In this document: positions 21,833-32,122 of the stretch, piece after piece
How positions within the stretch are numbered: the first letter of the stretch is position 1
Layout: each line of letters starts with the position of its first letter
Origin: an uncultured Gemmatimonadota bacterium
Lineage (GTDB): Bacteria > JAAXHH01
Direction: 5' to 3'
DNA: 64,000 bases
Assembly (NCBI GenBank): GCA_951812955.1
Contig: OX638340.1
Location: 288,001-352,000 of the forward strand
Translations under genes and position numbers: made by a program
The notes under the pieces: generated by a model
Databases searched by the model: none
What the model saw: only the letters and a program-made list of their open reading frames with translations
What the model was told of the DNA's origin: nothing

Positions 21833-22528
21833 TCATCCGTCGTCTCCGAAGAGTCTTCGTCGCGTATCGATCACGATATCGGCCATGTTTTCCCACGACG
21901 TGCGGGACGTGTTGAAAACCATGTGGTACAGCGTCGGGTCCGTCCAGTCGCGGTGATAGTTGTGCTGCAAGTACAATGCCCGCTGCCGGTCCTTCTCCTT
22001 GATGAGTTCCGCGGCCCGGTCATGCGCAAGGTTCATCTCGTCCATAATCACGTCGACTCGGTATTCGAATGGCGCGATGAACCGGGTGTGGAAGACGTTA
22101 TTGCTGTCCGACAGGATGCACTGGCTGCCGCGCCCGACGATGATGATATGTTTTCTGTCGGACAGCGAACGGATGGTATCCTGGAGGATCTGGAGGTATT
22201 CTCCCCGATCCAGAAACGTGTTCTTGAGCGAAGTGGGATCCTTCGTTCCTTCGTCGTCCCCCGGTACATAGGGCCAGATGAGCGGCGGATATTCAGGGGA
22301 CAGGGAGTAGACAGTTGTGGGGGTGAACAATTCGCCGAGAAATCGCCTGATGGTCGATTCTCCCACTTCGTCCAACTGCTCGACGACATCTTCCGAAACG
22401 CCCGCGGTATGGGCGATCTCGGCAATGAGTTCCTTGTCCACGCAATCATAGCCGAGGCGGTCCGCGATGATCTTCGCGATGTCCTTCCCGCCGCTGCCGT
22501 ATTCTCTGGCAACCGTTATGATGCTCAT
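21833..22528 (-). CDS. Cytidylate kinase-like family protein (P-loop NTPase)
   Basis: The N-terminus MSIITVAREYGSGGKDIAKIIADRLGY is characteristic of the family. Confidence 0.7.
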   Translation of the reverse strand: MSIITVAREYGSGGKDIAKIIADRLGYDCVDKELIAEIAHTAGVSEDVVEQLDEVGESTIRRFLGELFTPTTVYSLSPEYPPLIWPYVPGDDEGTKDPTSLKNTFLDRGEYLQILQDTIRSLSDRKHIIIVGRGSQCILSDSNNVFHTRFIAPFEYRVDVIMDEMNLAHDRAAELIKEKDRQRALYLQHNYHRDWTDPTLYHMVFNTSRTSWENMADIVIDTRRRLFGDDG

Positions 22529-22593
22529 GATGGACTCCTTAGTTGCGTGCAGCCGTCGAAGGAGGCGAGTAAACCGTTAGAAAGCGCCCCGCC

Positions 22594-23442
22594 ATGCCCC
22601 TTCATGAACCGTTGGACGAGACCGCGGGCTTCCTGGGTTCGCAGGGGTTTGCAACGGCCCGTATCGGGATGATCCTGGGCACTGGATTCGGTGCTTGCGT
22701 CCAGGCAGTCGAACAGAAATCCGTTGTGCCCTACGGTTCTATCCCCCATTTTCCGGAGTCGACCGTCAAGGGCCACGAGGGCAACCTCGTCTTCGGCGCC
22801 ATGGGCGAGGCATCCGTGATTGTGATGCAGGGCCGTATCCACCTGTACGAGGGATACGACGCGAGCCAGATTGCGTATCCCCTCGAGGTGATGCGCCGGT
22901 TCGGCGTCGAGGTTCTGATCGTGACCAATGCCGCCGGTGGACTGAATCCGCGGTACGCGCCGGGGGACCTCATGGTCGTTCGCCAGCATATCCATCCCAT
23001 TGGCCGTCACATGATGGGAAACCTGACTCCAGGAACAGACCGTGATCCCTGTTACGATGAGGATTTGAGGGCATCGCTTCTACAGATTAGTATACAAAGA
23101 AATCGGTCTGTTCAACAGGGAATTTTAGCATGGATGCCAGGACCTTCTTTCGAGACCCGTGCCGAAATCTCTCTGCTGAAAACGCTGGGAGCAGATGCGG
23201 TGACCATGTCTACCGTACCGGAAGTACTGGCAGGCCGGGGGCTTGGTATGCGGACCGCGGCCGTATCGTGCATATCCAATGTCTGGACCGGTCGAACCGG
23301 CGAATCCGCAGACGTCGCCGACGTAGTGTCAACGGTTGAATCGTCGGCCGGCCTCTGTTCGGATCTGCTGGTCCGCCTGATCCGCCAGGTCCACCAGATC
23401 GGTCTGGCCGGTCGGGACCGCAGGGTGACTGGCCAACATTAA
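22594..23442 (+). CDS. Purine nucleoside phosphorylase (PNP-I family)
   Basis: 282 aa with conserved blocks ...GMILGTGFG..., ...VTNAAGGLN..., ...MSTVPEV... Confidence 0.85.
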   Translation: MPLHEPLDETAGFLGSQGFATARIGMILGTGFGACVQAVEQKSVVPYGSIPHFPESTVKGHEGNLVFGAMGEASVIVMQGRIHLYEGYDASQIAYPLEVMRRFGVEVLIVTNAAGGLNPRYAPGDLMVVRQHIHPIGRHMMGNLTPGTDRDPCYDEDLRASLLQISIQRNRSVQQGILAWMPGPSFETRAEISLLKTLGADAVTMSTVPEVLAGRGLGMRTAAVSCISNVWTGRTGESADVADVVSTVESSAGLCSDLLVRLIRQVHQIGLAGRDRRVTGQH

Positions 23443-23483
23443 GACGGTTGTAATTTAACATTTATAACGCAAGCGAGTCGAAT

Positions 23484-24359
23484 ATGGCCTGGTTTGAAAG
23501 AAGACAGCGGGGTTTAAACCCGCAGAAGCGCAAGGAAATCCCGAAGGGGTTATGGGTAAAGTGCGACAAGTGCGACGCCATGCTGTACAAGGCGGAGCTC
23601 GAACGGGACTTCAATGTGTGCACCCAGTGCGGGTTTCATTTCAAGATCGGCCATCAGGCGTATATCTCCCTGATCATGGACACGGACACCTTCGAGGAGA
23701 CCGACACGGATCTGCGCACCGTCGATCCGCTCGAGTTCAAGGAGAAGGAGAACTACCCGGACTACATGAAGCGGTACCAGAAAAGGACGGGCATGAGGGA
23801 GGCCGTGGTGTCGGGCACCGGCCGCATCGACGGAAGGCTCGTATCCCTGTCCATCCACGACGGTTCCTTCCTGGCCGGGAGCATGGGGTCCGTGGTCGGC
23901 GAGAAAGTGACGCGATCCATCAGAAGGTCGCTCGACCTGGAGATACCGCTGCTTGTGGTCGCCACTTCGGGGGGAGCCCGCATGCAGGAAGGCATCCTCT
24001 CCCTCATGCAGATGGCGAAGACTTCCCTCTGGCTGAACCGCCTGTCGGAGGAGAAGATCCCTTTTGTTGTCGTGATTACGAATCCGACCATGGCCGGCGT
24101 GATGGCGAGTTATGCATCGCTGGGAGACTTTACCCTGGCCGAGCCGGGCGCCATGATGGGCTTCGCCGGTGGAAGGGTGATCGAACAGACCATAGGGTCG
24201 AGTCTGCCGGAAGGATTCCAGACCGCCGAGTTTTTCCTGACCAAAGGTTTCGTGGACCAGGTCGTACCCAGGACCAGTTTGCGGGAGAAGCTGGTCACGA
24301 TCCTGGGTTTTTTCCCGGATCGGGAGAAGAAGGAAGCACAGGCAAAAGAAGCGCCTTGA
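23484..24359 (+). CDS. accD: Acetyl-CoA carboxylase carboxyltransferase beta subunit
   Basis: It has an N-terminal zinc ribbon (CDKCDAMLY...CTQCGFH) and a carboxyltransferase domain. Confidence 0.9.
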   Translation: MAWFERRQRGLNPQKRKEIPKGLWVKCDKCDAMLYKAELERDFNVCTQCGFHFKIGHQAYISLIMDTDTFEETDTDLRTVDPLEFKEKENYPDYMKRYQKRTGMREAVVSGTGRIDGRLVSLSIHDGSFLAGSMGSVVGEKVTRSIRRSLDLEIPLLVVATSGGARMQEGILSLMQMAKTSLWLNRLSEEKIPFVVVITNPTMAGVMASYASLGDFTLAEPGAMMGFAGGRVIEQTIGSSLPEGFQTAEFFLTKGFVDQVVPRTSLREKLVTILGFFPDREKKEAQAKEAP

Positions 24360-24480
24360 TGTGCCTGCCGCCAAGCAGGATGGCCCTGCCCTGTCGCCCT
24401 GTCATGAGCGGTACGATGTGGTACCGTCCCTGGACCAGTGCGCCTCTGGCGGGCTCCCAGCCTCAGGCAGCTCGCAGGCG

Positions 24481-25890
24481 CTACGATTCCAGCATGAGCT
24501 TGTTAAGTGAATCTTCGGGGACGACCGGGTAGTCTCCGCTGAAGCAGGCCGTACAATACCCCGTCCCTGACTTGCCGTATTCCTTCGCGATTTTTACCAT
24601 GCCCTCGATGGACAGGTAACCCAGGCTGTCCGCACCCAGGTATGTGCGAATCTCATCCACCCGGGTCTGCGAAGCGATGAGCTCGCCCCGGCTCTGCATG
24701 TCGATCCCGTAATAGCACGGGTGGCGGATGGGAGGACTGCTGATCCGTACGTGTACCTCGGAGGCGCCCGCGCTGCGGATGAGTCTTACCAGCTGATTGA
24801 GCGTCGTGCCCCGCACGATGGAATCGTCCACGAGGACCACCCGCCGGTTTCGCAACACGCCCTGGACCGGGTTGTACTTCAGTCTCACCGTGAACTCCCG
24901 CATGGACTGGTCCGGGTCGATAAATGACCTTCCCACGTAGTGATTCCTGATCAGGCCGATTTCGAACCGGATTCCCGAATGCTCTGAGTAGCCCAGCGCG
25001 GCTGTCGTGGCGGAATCGGGCACGGCGATGACGATATCGGCGTTCACGGGGTGCTCCTCCGCCAGCCGGCGGCCGAAACGCCGGCGGAACTTGTCGCTGT
25101 TTTCCCCGAAAACCTTGCTGTCGGGCCGGGCGAAATAAATGTATTCGAAGATGCAGGAGGCAGGTACCGCGCGATCGAAGGGAAAGTAGGACTGGATTCC
25201 GTTCTCGTCGATGACGACCATTTCTCCCGGGTTCACTTCCCTGACGTACTCCGCGTTCATGATGTCGAAGGCGCAGGTTTCCGAAGCGAGCACGTGGGCA
25301 TCCCCGATGCGTCCCAGGCATAGCGGGCGGAATCCGCGGGGATCCCGGACGCCAATGAGTTGCTTCCCGGACAGGAATACGATGGAATAGGCGCCTTCGA
25401 CGTGGCGTAAGGCGTCGGAGATCATGCCGGGCAGATCGGATTCGTTCGATCGCGCGATGAGATGAAGGACGATCTCGCTGTCGGACGAGGTGCGGAAAAT
25501 CGATCCGGACTCTTCCATCGACAGGTGGAGCGCGCCGGTATTGGTAAAATTACCGTTGTGAGCGGTGGCCAACTGTCCGCGCTTGAAGTTGACCATGAAT
25601 GGCTGTGCGTTGTCTACGTTGGATGTGCCGGTGGTGGAATACCGGTTGTGGCCGATGGCGATATGGCCATCAAGATCGGCCACGCGATCGCCGTGCTCAT
25701 AGGCTTCGCTGACCAGTCCCATGGCGCGGTGAGAATCGATATGTTCGCCGTCGGAGACGGCCATGCCGGAGCTTTCCTGGCCGCGGTGCTGGAGGGCGTA
25801 CAGGCCCAGAAAGGTCAGCTTGGCGGCGGCCGGGTCGCCATAAATGCCGAAGACACCGCACTCCTCGCGAATTTCGTCGTCTTCCCACAT
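24481..25890 (-). CDS. purF: Amidophosphoribosyltransferase
   Basis: It has an N-terminal CGVFGIYG glutamine amidotransferase motif and a PRTase domain. Confidence 0.95.
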   Translation of the reverse strand: MWEDDEIREECGVFGIYGDPAAAKLTFLGLYALQHRGQESSGMAVSDGEHIDSHRAMGLVSEAYEHGDRVADLDGHIAIGHNRYSTTGTSNVDNAQPFMVNFKRGQLATAHNGNFTNTGALHLSMEESGSIFRTSSDSEIVLHLIARSNESDLPGMISDALRHVEGAYSIVFLSGKQLIGVRDPRGFRPLCLGRIGDAHVLASETCAFDIMNAEYVREVNPGEMVVIDENGIQSYFPFDRAVPASCIFEYIYFARPDSKVFGENSDKFRRRFGRRLAEEHPVNADIVIAVPDSATTAALGYSEHSGIRFEIGLIRNHYVGRSFIDPDQSMREFTVRLKYNPVQGVLRNRRVVLVDDSIVRGTTLNQLVRLIRSAGASEVHVRISSPPIRHPCYYGIDMQSRGELIASQTRVDEIRTYLGADSLGYLSIEGMVKIAKEYGKSGTGYCTACFSGDYPVVPEDSLNKLMLES

Positions 25891-26085
25891 TGGCTCGCCC
25901 CGGTTGTGTTTTCAAGAAACCCACCGACATTATACGCGCCGGCCACCACAATGTCCACCGCAATTTCACAGAATCGCCGTACTTTGTAACCGGGCCATTT
26001 TCGTTGACACCGCGGGTAGCGAAACCTACATTGCACGTGGTTGAAATCCACTGAGTAGACCCACTTTTTCAAGGAGAATCAGTCT

Positions 26086-26547
26086 GTGGAACGAACGCTT
26101 GTCCTCATCAAGCCGGATGCCGTGCAGCGCGGGATGATTGGCCTCGTCACCGGACGTTTCGAAAGCAAGGGGCTCAAGGTCGCCGGTCTCAAGATGATGC
26201 AGCTGACCGATGGGATACTGAACGAGCACTACGGGCACCTGTCCGACAAGCCCTTTTTCCCCCGAATCAAGTCCTTCATGCAGGAAACGCCGGTAGTGGC
26301 AATGTGTCTTGAAGGCGTCGATGCCGTGGACGTCGTGCGGGGCCTTTGCGGCGTGACGAACGCGCGGCAGGCCTCCCCGGGCACGATCAGAGGCGATTTC
26401 GGCATGAGCGTGCAGTGCAACCTGGTGCACGCTTCCGATTCCCTGGAGACGGCGCGGGCCGAAGTACCCCGTTTCTTTTCCGACGCCGAGCTGTTCACCT
26501 ACGCGAAGGCGGATGACACTGTCGTCTACGCCGACGATGAGCGGTAG
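26086..26547 (+). CDS. ndk: Nucleoside diphosphate kinase
   Basis: It starts at GTG: MERTLVLIKPDAVQRG... with an active-site His region. AAGGAGA lies 14 nt upstream. Confidence 0.9.
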   Translation: MERTLVLIKPDAVQRGMIGLVTGRFESKGLKVAGLKMMQLTDGILNEHYGHLSDKPFFPRIKSFMQETPVVAMCLEGVDAVDVVRGLCGVTNARQASPGTIRGDFGMSVQCNLVHASDSLETARAEVPRFFSDAELFTYAKADDTVVYADDER

Positions 26548-26568
26548 TCGGCCCCACCCCGGCCAGGC

Positions 26569-28785
26569 ATGGACATTCTCACCGGTACCATCGAACGCAT
26601 CACCTACCAGAGCGAGGAGACCGGCTACACGGTCGCGCGAATGCGCGCCGAACCGGACGCCTGCCGGACTACCGAGAACCTGGCCCGCGCATCCACGCGG
26701 GACGGACTGCTGACCATAACGGGCGAACTTGCGAAAATGGCGCCCGGCGAACGCGTCGAAGTCGCCGGATACTGGGTAACCCACAAGCAGTACGGCAAGC
26801 AGTTCAAGATCGTAGATTCCAAGACGATCCAGCCCACTTCCGCGGACGGCATACGCAAGTACCTGGGTTCGGGGCTCATCAAGGGACTCGGGCCGGCCAA
26901 GGCCGCGATGATCGTCGATCATTTCGGCGAAGACACCCTCACGGTCATCGAAAAGACGCCGAACCGGCTGTCCGAAGTCAAGGGCATCGCGCGGAAGACC
27001 ATCGCCGTAATCAGATCCGGCTGGGAGGAACAGAAGCACATCCAGGAGGTCATGCAGTTTCTGATCGGTCATAACGTCAGCATGGCCTACGCGGTGAAAA
27101 TCTACAAGACCTACGGTAACGAGGCCATCAGGCAAGTCACGGAGAATCCTTACCGCCTGTCCACGGACATCTGGGGCATCGGTTTCAAGACCGCCGACAA
27201 GATCGCCATGAACCTGGGAGTCGATCCCGGAGACCCCGCCCGGGTCCAGGCCGGCATCAGGTATGTCCTGGAGACCCAGGCCGATGACGGTCATGTCTAC
27301 GTGCCCTTCGAAGCGCTCGTGGAGGAGTGCATCGGTTTTCTGGACGTGGATCCCGCCGCCATTCCGACCGGTCTTGAAGCCCTGGTCAAGGCCGAGGTCG
27401 TCCTTCGCGATGACGACCGGGTTTATCTCCAGCCTCTCTATTACGCCGAGCAGGGGATAGCGCGGAATATCGCCCGCCTGGCCGATCATCGGCGCACCCC
27501 GCCGTCCACCGGACGAATCGACGAACACATCGGGCATATAGAAAAGGAACGGGGCATCGTCTTCAACAGGGAACAGCGCGAGGCGATCCACACTTCTGCT
27601 TCTCAGAGCGTCCTGGCGATAACCGGAGGGCCCGGAACCGGCAAGACCACCTGCGTGCAGGGCATTGTCTACCTGTTCACGCGCGTGGGCGGAAAAGTGT
27701 TGCTCGCGGCGCCGACCGGCCGTGCCGCGAAACGGCTGTCCGAAGTGACCGGCGCCGAAGCAAAGACCATCCACCGGCTGCTCGAGTTCAACCCGGGCGT
27801 CATGGAATTCGGCCGCGACCAGGATAACCGGCTGGAAGCCGACCTGGTCATCCTGGACGAGTCCTCCATGGTGGATACGGTCCTGATGAACGCCCTGCTT
27901 CGGGCCGTGAAGACCTCCGCCCGCTTCATCATGGTCGGCGACGTCGACCAGTTGCCTTCGGTGGGCGCGGGCAACGTCCTCCGGGATATGATCGACGCCG
28001 GCCATGTACCAGTGGTCCGACTGACCGAGATCTTTCGCCAGGCCCTGGAAAGCAGCATCGTGATGAATGCGCACCGGGTAAACCGGGGCGAAATGCCCGA
28101 CACGAAGAACAGGAACGAGGGCGATTTCTTTTTCATCAACGAACCCGACCCGTCGGCCGGCGCGGATCGGATCGCCGAACTGTGCACGGATCGCCTGCCC
28201 CGAAGCTACGGACTCGATCCCTTCAACGATATCCAGGTGATCACCCCCATGTACCGCGGGGATATCGGCGTGGATCAACTCAACCTGAAGCTGCAGCAGG
28301 TGCTGAATCCGTCGGGGTCCTCCCTGCAGCGGGGCGACCGGGAACTGCGCGAAGGCGACAAGGTCCTGCAGACGCGGAACAATTACGGGAAAATGACCTT
28401 CAACGGCGATATCGGCCGCATCAGGCAGATCGACCCGGATGCCCAGACCGTGGACATCTCCTTCCAAGATACCGTCCGGTACGACTATGGCGAACTGGAC
28501 GAACTGATCCTGGCTTACGCCATCAGCGTCCACAAAAGCCAGGGATCCGAGTATCCGGCCATCATCCTGCCGCTCTACAGCACCCACTACATCATGCTGC
28601 AGCGAAACCTGCTGTATACCGCGCTGACCCGGGCCAGGGCGCTGGCCGTCATCATCGGGACGCCCAAGGCCCTTGCCATCGCGGTGAAGAACAACCAGGT
28701 CGTCGAGCGCTACACGGGTCTCCGGGAAGCGCTGGGCGCATCGATTGGCGACCGGACCGGGGTCCTTCCGGACCTTTCGCCATGA
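26569..28785 (+). CDS. recD2: RecD2-like SF1 ATP-dependent DNA helicase
   Basis: 738 aa with Walker A GGPGTGKTT and helicase motifs, plus an N-terminal extension typical of RecD2. Confidence 0.85.
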   Translation: MDILTGTIERITYQSEETGYTVARMRAEPDACRTTENLARASTRDGLLTITGELAKMAPGERVEVAGYWVTHKQYGKQFKIVDSKTIQPTSADGIRKYLGSGLIKGLGPAKAAMIVDHFGEDTLTVIEKTPNRLSEVKGIARKTIAVIRSGWEEQKHIQEVMQFLIGHNVSMAYAVKIYKTYGNEAIRQVTENPYRLSTDIWGIGFKTADKIAMNLGVDPGDPARVQAGIRYVLETQADDGHVYVPFEALVEECIGFLDVDPAAIPTGLEALVKAEVVLRDDDRVYLQPLYYAEQGIARNIARLADHRRTPPSTGRIDEHIGHIEKERGIVFNREQREAIHTSASQSVLAITGGPGTGKTTCVQGIVYLFTRVGGKVLLAAPTGRAAKRLSEVTGAEAKTIHRLLEFNPGVMEFGRDQDNRLEADLVILDESSMVDTVLMNALLRAVKTSARFIMVGDVDQLPSVGAGNVLRDMIDAGHVPVVRLTEIFRQALESSIVMNAHRVNRGEMPDTKNRNEGDFFFINEPDPSAGADRIAELCTDRLPRSYGLDPFNDIQVITPMYRGDIGVDQLNLKLQQVLNPSGSSLQRGDRELREGDKVLQTRNNYGKMTFNGDIGRIRQIDPDAQTVDISFQDTVRYDYGELDELILAYAISVHKSQGSEYPAIILPLYSTHYIMLQRNLLYTALTRARALAVIIGTPKALAIAVKNNQVVERYTGLREALGASIGDRTGVLPDLSP

Positions 28786-28968
28786 GATTCGGGAAAGGAA
28801 ATACACCTTGACAGTGATAAGTGGGGTCCTATCTTGTCTGACTTGGTATCCGACCATGCATGACCCTACGAGTTTTAAATAGATAACTGCCAATGCATAT
28901 AATTAGTATCTAGTTGGCGTACAGGGTGTTACAGGAATCAACCGCTGTATCCCTTCAGGGGGTGTCCG

Positions 28969-30993
28969 GTGTCGGTGCGTGAAGAGGAAATGAAGGAAGA
29001 CAGTCCGGAACAGTATCGGAATGCCGATACCGCGTTGTTCGGAGAATCGGACGAACCCTACCTTTCAGGATTCAACCTGAAGACGATCTGGGCGTGCCTG
29101 TTCGTCGGTTTCGTCATGTTGCCGGGATCGATCTACCTGAGCCTGGTGACGGGCGGGCAGACTGGCGCGGCGGACTGGGTTACCGTCATCCTGTTCCTCG
29201 AGATCGCCAAACGGTCCCTCGTCAAGATGACCCGGCAGGAAATCATGATCCTGTACTGGGCCGCGGCCGGACTGGCCGCCGCGGGGAACGCGATGAACAC
29301 CGGCATCACCGGCGGTCCCTTCGCCCACCTGATCTGGGAGCAGTACTACCTGCAGTCTCCGGAAGCCACGGGCATCGCCACGCTGATCCCCACCTGGGTC
29401 GTCCCGACGCTGGATTCCGGGGCGCTGGCGAGCCGGACGTTCTTCCACATGGACTGGTTCGTGCCCGTCCTCGTCCTCACCGCGGTGACCGTCCTCTTCG
29501 CGGTCAATTCCTATTCGATGGGGTACATCCTCTTCCGGGTTACCAACGACGTGGAGAGGCTGACCTTCCCCCTGGCGAGGGTGCACGCGGGCGGCGCAAC
29601 GGCGCTGGCCGAGACTTCGCAGAACAAGGAGGGCTGGCGATGGCGGGCATTCAGCATCGGATCCGTAATCGGGGTGTCCTGGGGACTCCTGTACGTGATG
29701 ATACCCATCCTGTCCAGCACGTTCCTGGTCACGCCCATCACCATATTGCCCATCCCCTTCATCGATTTCACCACCAGTCTCAAGGAAGTGTTGCCCGCGA
29801 CCATGGTGGGCATCGGGACCGATCTCGGCACCCTCGTCGCGGGATTCGTCCTGCCCTTCTGGGTCGTGATCGGCACCTTCGTGTCGTCGGCCGTAATCGC
29901 TTTCGTCGCCAATCCCCTGCTCTATCACAACGGCATCCTGACCACCTGGGAACCCGGGATGTCGCTCATTCCGACCCAGATATCCAACAACATCGATTTC
30001 TGGCTCAGCTTCACCATCGGCGCTTCCCTCGTCATCGGCATCGTGGGATTCACGGCGACCATCCGGGCCATTCTGAAATCCAACCGGGAGAAGCGTAACG
30101 ATTCCGACGGGGACACGGGGGTGCGTCCGACGCCGGAGGGCCGGGGCGACCTGCCGATCTGGCTCGTATTCATCTTCTGGTTCATCAGCACGACGGGATT
30201 CGTGGTCATACTCTACTTTCTGATCCCCGACTTTCCGTGGTGGATCAGCGCCATCTTCGGATACCTCTGGTCGCCGGTGTTTTCCTATATCGGGGCCCGG
30301 ATGATCGGCATCACCGGCTCACCCTACGGTTCCTCCTTCCCCTTCGTCAAGGAAGCATCCTTCCTGCTGTCCGGCTACAAGGGGGTCGCCGTGTGGTTCG
30401 CGCCGATACCCATCTTCGAACACGGAAAGGTGGCGGAAACCTTCAAGCAGCTGGATCTCACCAAGACGACCTTCGGCAGCGTGGTCAAGTTAACCGCGGT
30501 GACCACCATCCTGATGTTCGTTTGCAGCTTCATCTTCTACTCGCTCGTGTGGAAACTTAATCCGATCCCGTCGGCAGCCTATCCCTTTGTGCAGAAGATG
30601 TGGCCCCTCAACGCGGCCATGCGGACCATCTGGGTGAAGTCCACCCTGCCCGGCGGCATCACGTTCATCTTCGATATCATCAAGATCGAGTACATCATCG
30701 CCGGTCTGGGCGTAACGGGCGGGCTGTTCGGTCTGCTCACGCTCGTGGGCGCCTCGCCGCTTTTCTTCTACGGCCTGGTTGGCGGCCTGGCCATGCCGCT
30801 CTGGCAGACCCTGCCGACCTTCTTCGGCGCCATCCTTGGGCGCTACTACTTCTCCAAGCGCTTCGGCGAAGAGAATTGGATGGCCTATGTGCCCATTGTT
30901 CTGGCCGGCTACGGGGCCGGCATCGGACTCATAGGCATGATCGCCATCGCCATCGCGCTGATATCCAAGGCGATTTCGCAAATCGTGTACTGA
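28969..30993 (+). CDS. Polytopic membrane protein, OPT-family oligopeptide transporter-like
   Basis: 674 aa with more than 14 predicted hydrophobic segments. The size and architecture are compatible with the OPT family. No motif was confirmed. Confidence 0.45.
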   Translation: MSVREEEMKEDSPEQYRNADTALFGESDEPYLSGFNLKTIWACLFVGFVMLPGSIYLSLVTGGQTGAADWVTVILFLEIAKRSLVKMTRQEIMILYWAAAGLAAAGNAMNTGITGGPFAHLIWEQYYLQSPEATGIATLIPTWVVPTLDSGALASRTFFHMDWFVPVLVLTAVTVLFAVNSYSMGYILFRVTNDVERLTFPLARVHAGGATALAETSQNKEGWRWRAFSIGSVIGVSWGLLYVMIPILSSTFLVTPITILPIPFIDFTTSLKEVLPATMVGIGTDLGTLVAGFVLPFWVVIGTFVSSAVIAFVANPLLYHNGILTTWEPGMSLIPTQISNNIDFWLSFTIGASLVIGIVGFTATIRAILKSNREKRNDSDGDTGVRPTPEGRGDLPIWLVFIFWFISTTGFVVILYFLIPDFPWWISAIFGYLWSPVFSYIGARMIGITGSPYGSSFPFVKEASFLLSGYKGVAVWFAPIPIFEHGKVAETFKQLDLTKTTFGSVVKLTAVTTILMFVCSFIFYSLVWKLNPIPSAAYPFVQKMWPLNAAMRTIWVKSTLPGGITFIFDIIKIEYIIAGLGVTGGLFGLLTLVGASPLFFYGLVGGLAMPLWQTLPTFFGAILGRYYFSKRFGEENWMAYVPIVLAGYGAGIGLIGMIAIAIALISKAISQIVY

Positions 30994-31111
30994 GTAAATC
31001 CGGAACCGTTCGAGGATACTGCAGATTCGGGTCGGTTGGTGGCGCAACGCCACTGGTACCTTCCGTTGCGCGGTGTCTCTTATCGAGTGCATCGGTGCGC
31101 AGAGTCAATGC

Positions 31112-32062
31112 CTAGTGGTATTCTCGCAACGGTTCAATCGATTCGGCCACGCGGGCGGCTATGTCTCGCGGCACCCGCGGATTGAATGGACCGCCCTCGC
31201 CCGCCTCCACGTCTTCCCATCCCCCGATAATCATCGCCTCGATTACCGCGGAATAGTTATACTGCCGGCTATTCATGAACCGCAGATGTTCGAGGCCTGA
31301 TATGCAGGCTTCCACGCGGGCCGATTCCGCGAAGTCGTCCCGGCGCTGGGCGTTGTTGATTTCATCCGCCGCGCGGGCCGCGACGATGGCGATGCCGGAG
31401 GTGTGGCCCCTGGCGCCCATTTCGGCGGCCCGGGTGCTCCGGTCGCCGATCCCCCACATGACGATGCCGTCATCGCCGATGCCTTCGATAAGCGGAGCGA
31501 CCTCTTCCTCGCTCGTACCCACCTTCACGCCGACGATGTATTGGCAGTCATTGACGAGCCGGACGATCGGATTCACGTAGTCCGCCGAACGCATGTACAG
31601 CAGGAAGCGGGCGCCACAATCTGTGCCCAGCCCCTCGGCGAAAGCCATGTAATCCTCGTAGGTCGCTTCGTGATCGGCAACGCCGGTCAGTGGCATGATG
31701 AGGTAAACTTCCGGCGGACGGGGCAGGGCCGATTGCCTGCGCACGAGTTCCTCGGCCTGGGAAAGGGGATTCGGTACGATACCCGACATCAGGAACCCGT
31801 CGTCTCCCATCTCCTCGCTGGTCGCAGCGATGACCCGGATCTGGTCCTCGAAGGAAAAGTGGTGGATCAGGCTCGTGCCCGCAATCCCGATCACGCGCTT
31901 CCGGTTTCCGTCCAGATAGTTGTTGTCCATCAGGTACCGGACGTTCTTCCGGTGGCCGTCCAGGTCGATAGCGCCGCCGCGGAAAGGCACGACGGGTATG
32001 GCGGTTACGGAATTCAGCGTGTCGTACAGTGCTTCTGTATGCATTGATCGGTATCCTTTCAT
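31112..32062 (-). CDS. DapA/N-acetylneuraminate lyase family (class I aldolase)-like protein
   Basis: Weak family resemblance (GIAGTS..., GVKVGTSEEE). The start may instead be at MHTEALYD (32044). Confidence 0.4.
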   Translation of the reverse strand: MKGYRSMHTEALYDTLNSVTAIPVVPFRGGAIDLDGHRKNVRYLMDNNYLDGNRKRVIGIAGTSLIHHFSFEDQIRVIAATSEEMGDDGFLMSGIVPNPLSQAEELVRRQSALPRPPEVYLIMPLTGVADHEATYEDYMAFAEGLGTDCGARFLLYMRSADYVNPIVRLVNDCQYIVGVKVGTSEEEVAPLIEGIGDDGIVMWGIGDRSTRAAEMGARGHTSGIAIVAARAADEINNAQRRDDFAESARVEACISGLEHLRFMNSRQYNYSAVIEAMIIGGWEDVEAGEGGPFNPRVPRDIAARVAESIEPLREYH

Positions 32063-32122
32063 CTGGCGGCTGCGGATCAGCCAGACATCGGGTCGACTCG
32101 GTGAGTCTCCAGGCCACCGGCC

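Noticed and set aside
23550-24532. Alternative-frame and antisense ORFs (274 aa, 326 aa) over accD
   Set aside because: accD has an unmistakable zinc ribbon and carboxyltransferase domain. The overlapping ORFs are R/G/H-rich artefacts.
26026-28893. 955-aa minus-strand ORF spanning ndk and recD2
   Set aside because: It is antisense to two confidently assigned genes. Its composition is R/G/D/P-rich, and it would run through the intergenic region between them.
28786-28968. AT-rich 183-bp intergenic region before the OPT-like gene, considered as a small-RNA or tRNA locus
   Set aside because: I found no cloverleaf or terminator-bounded structure. It is most simply a promoter region for the transporter gene.
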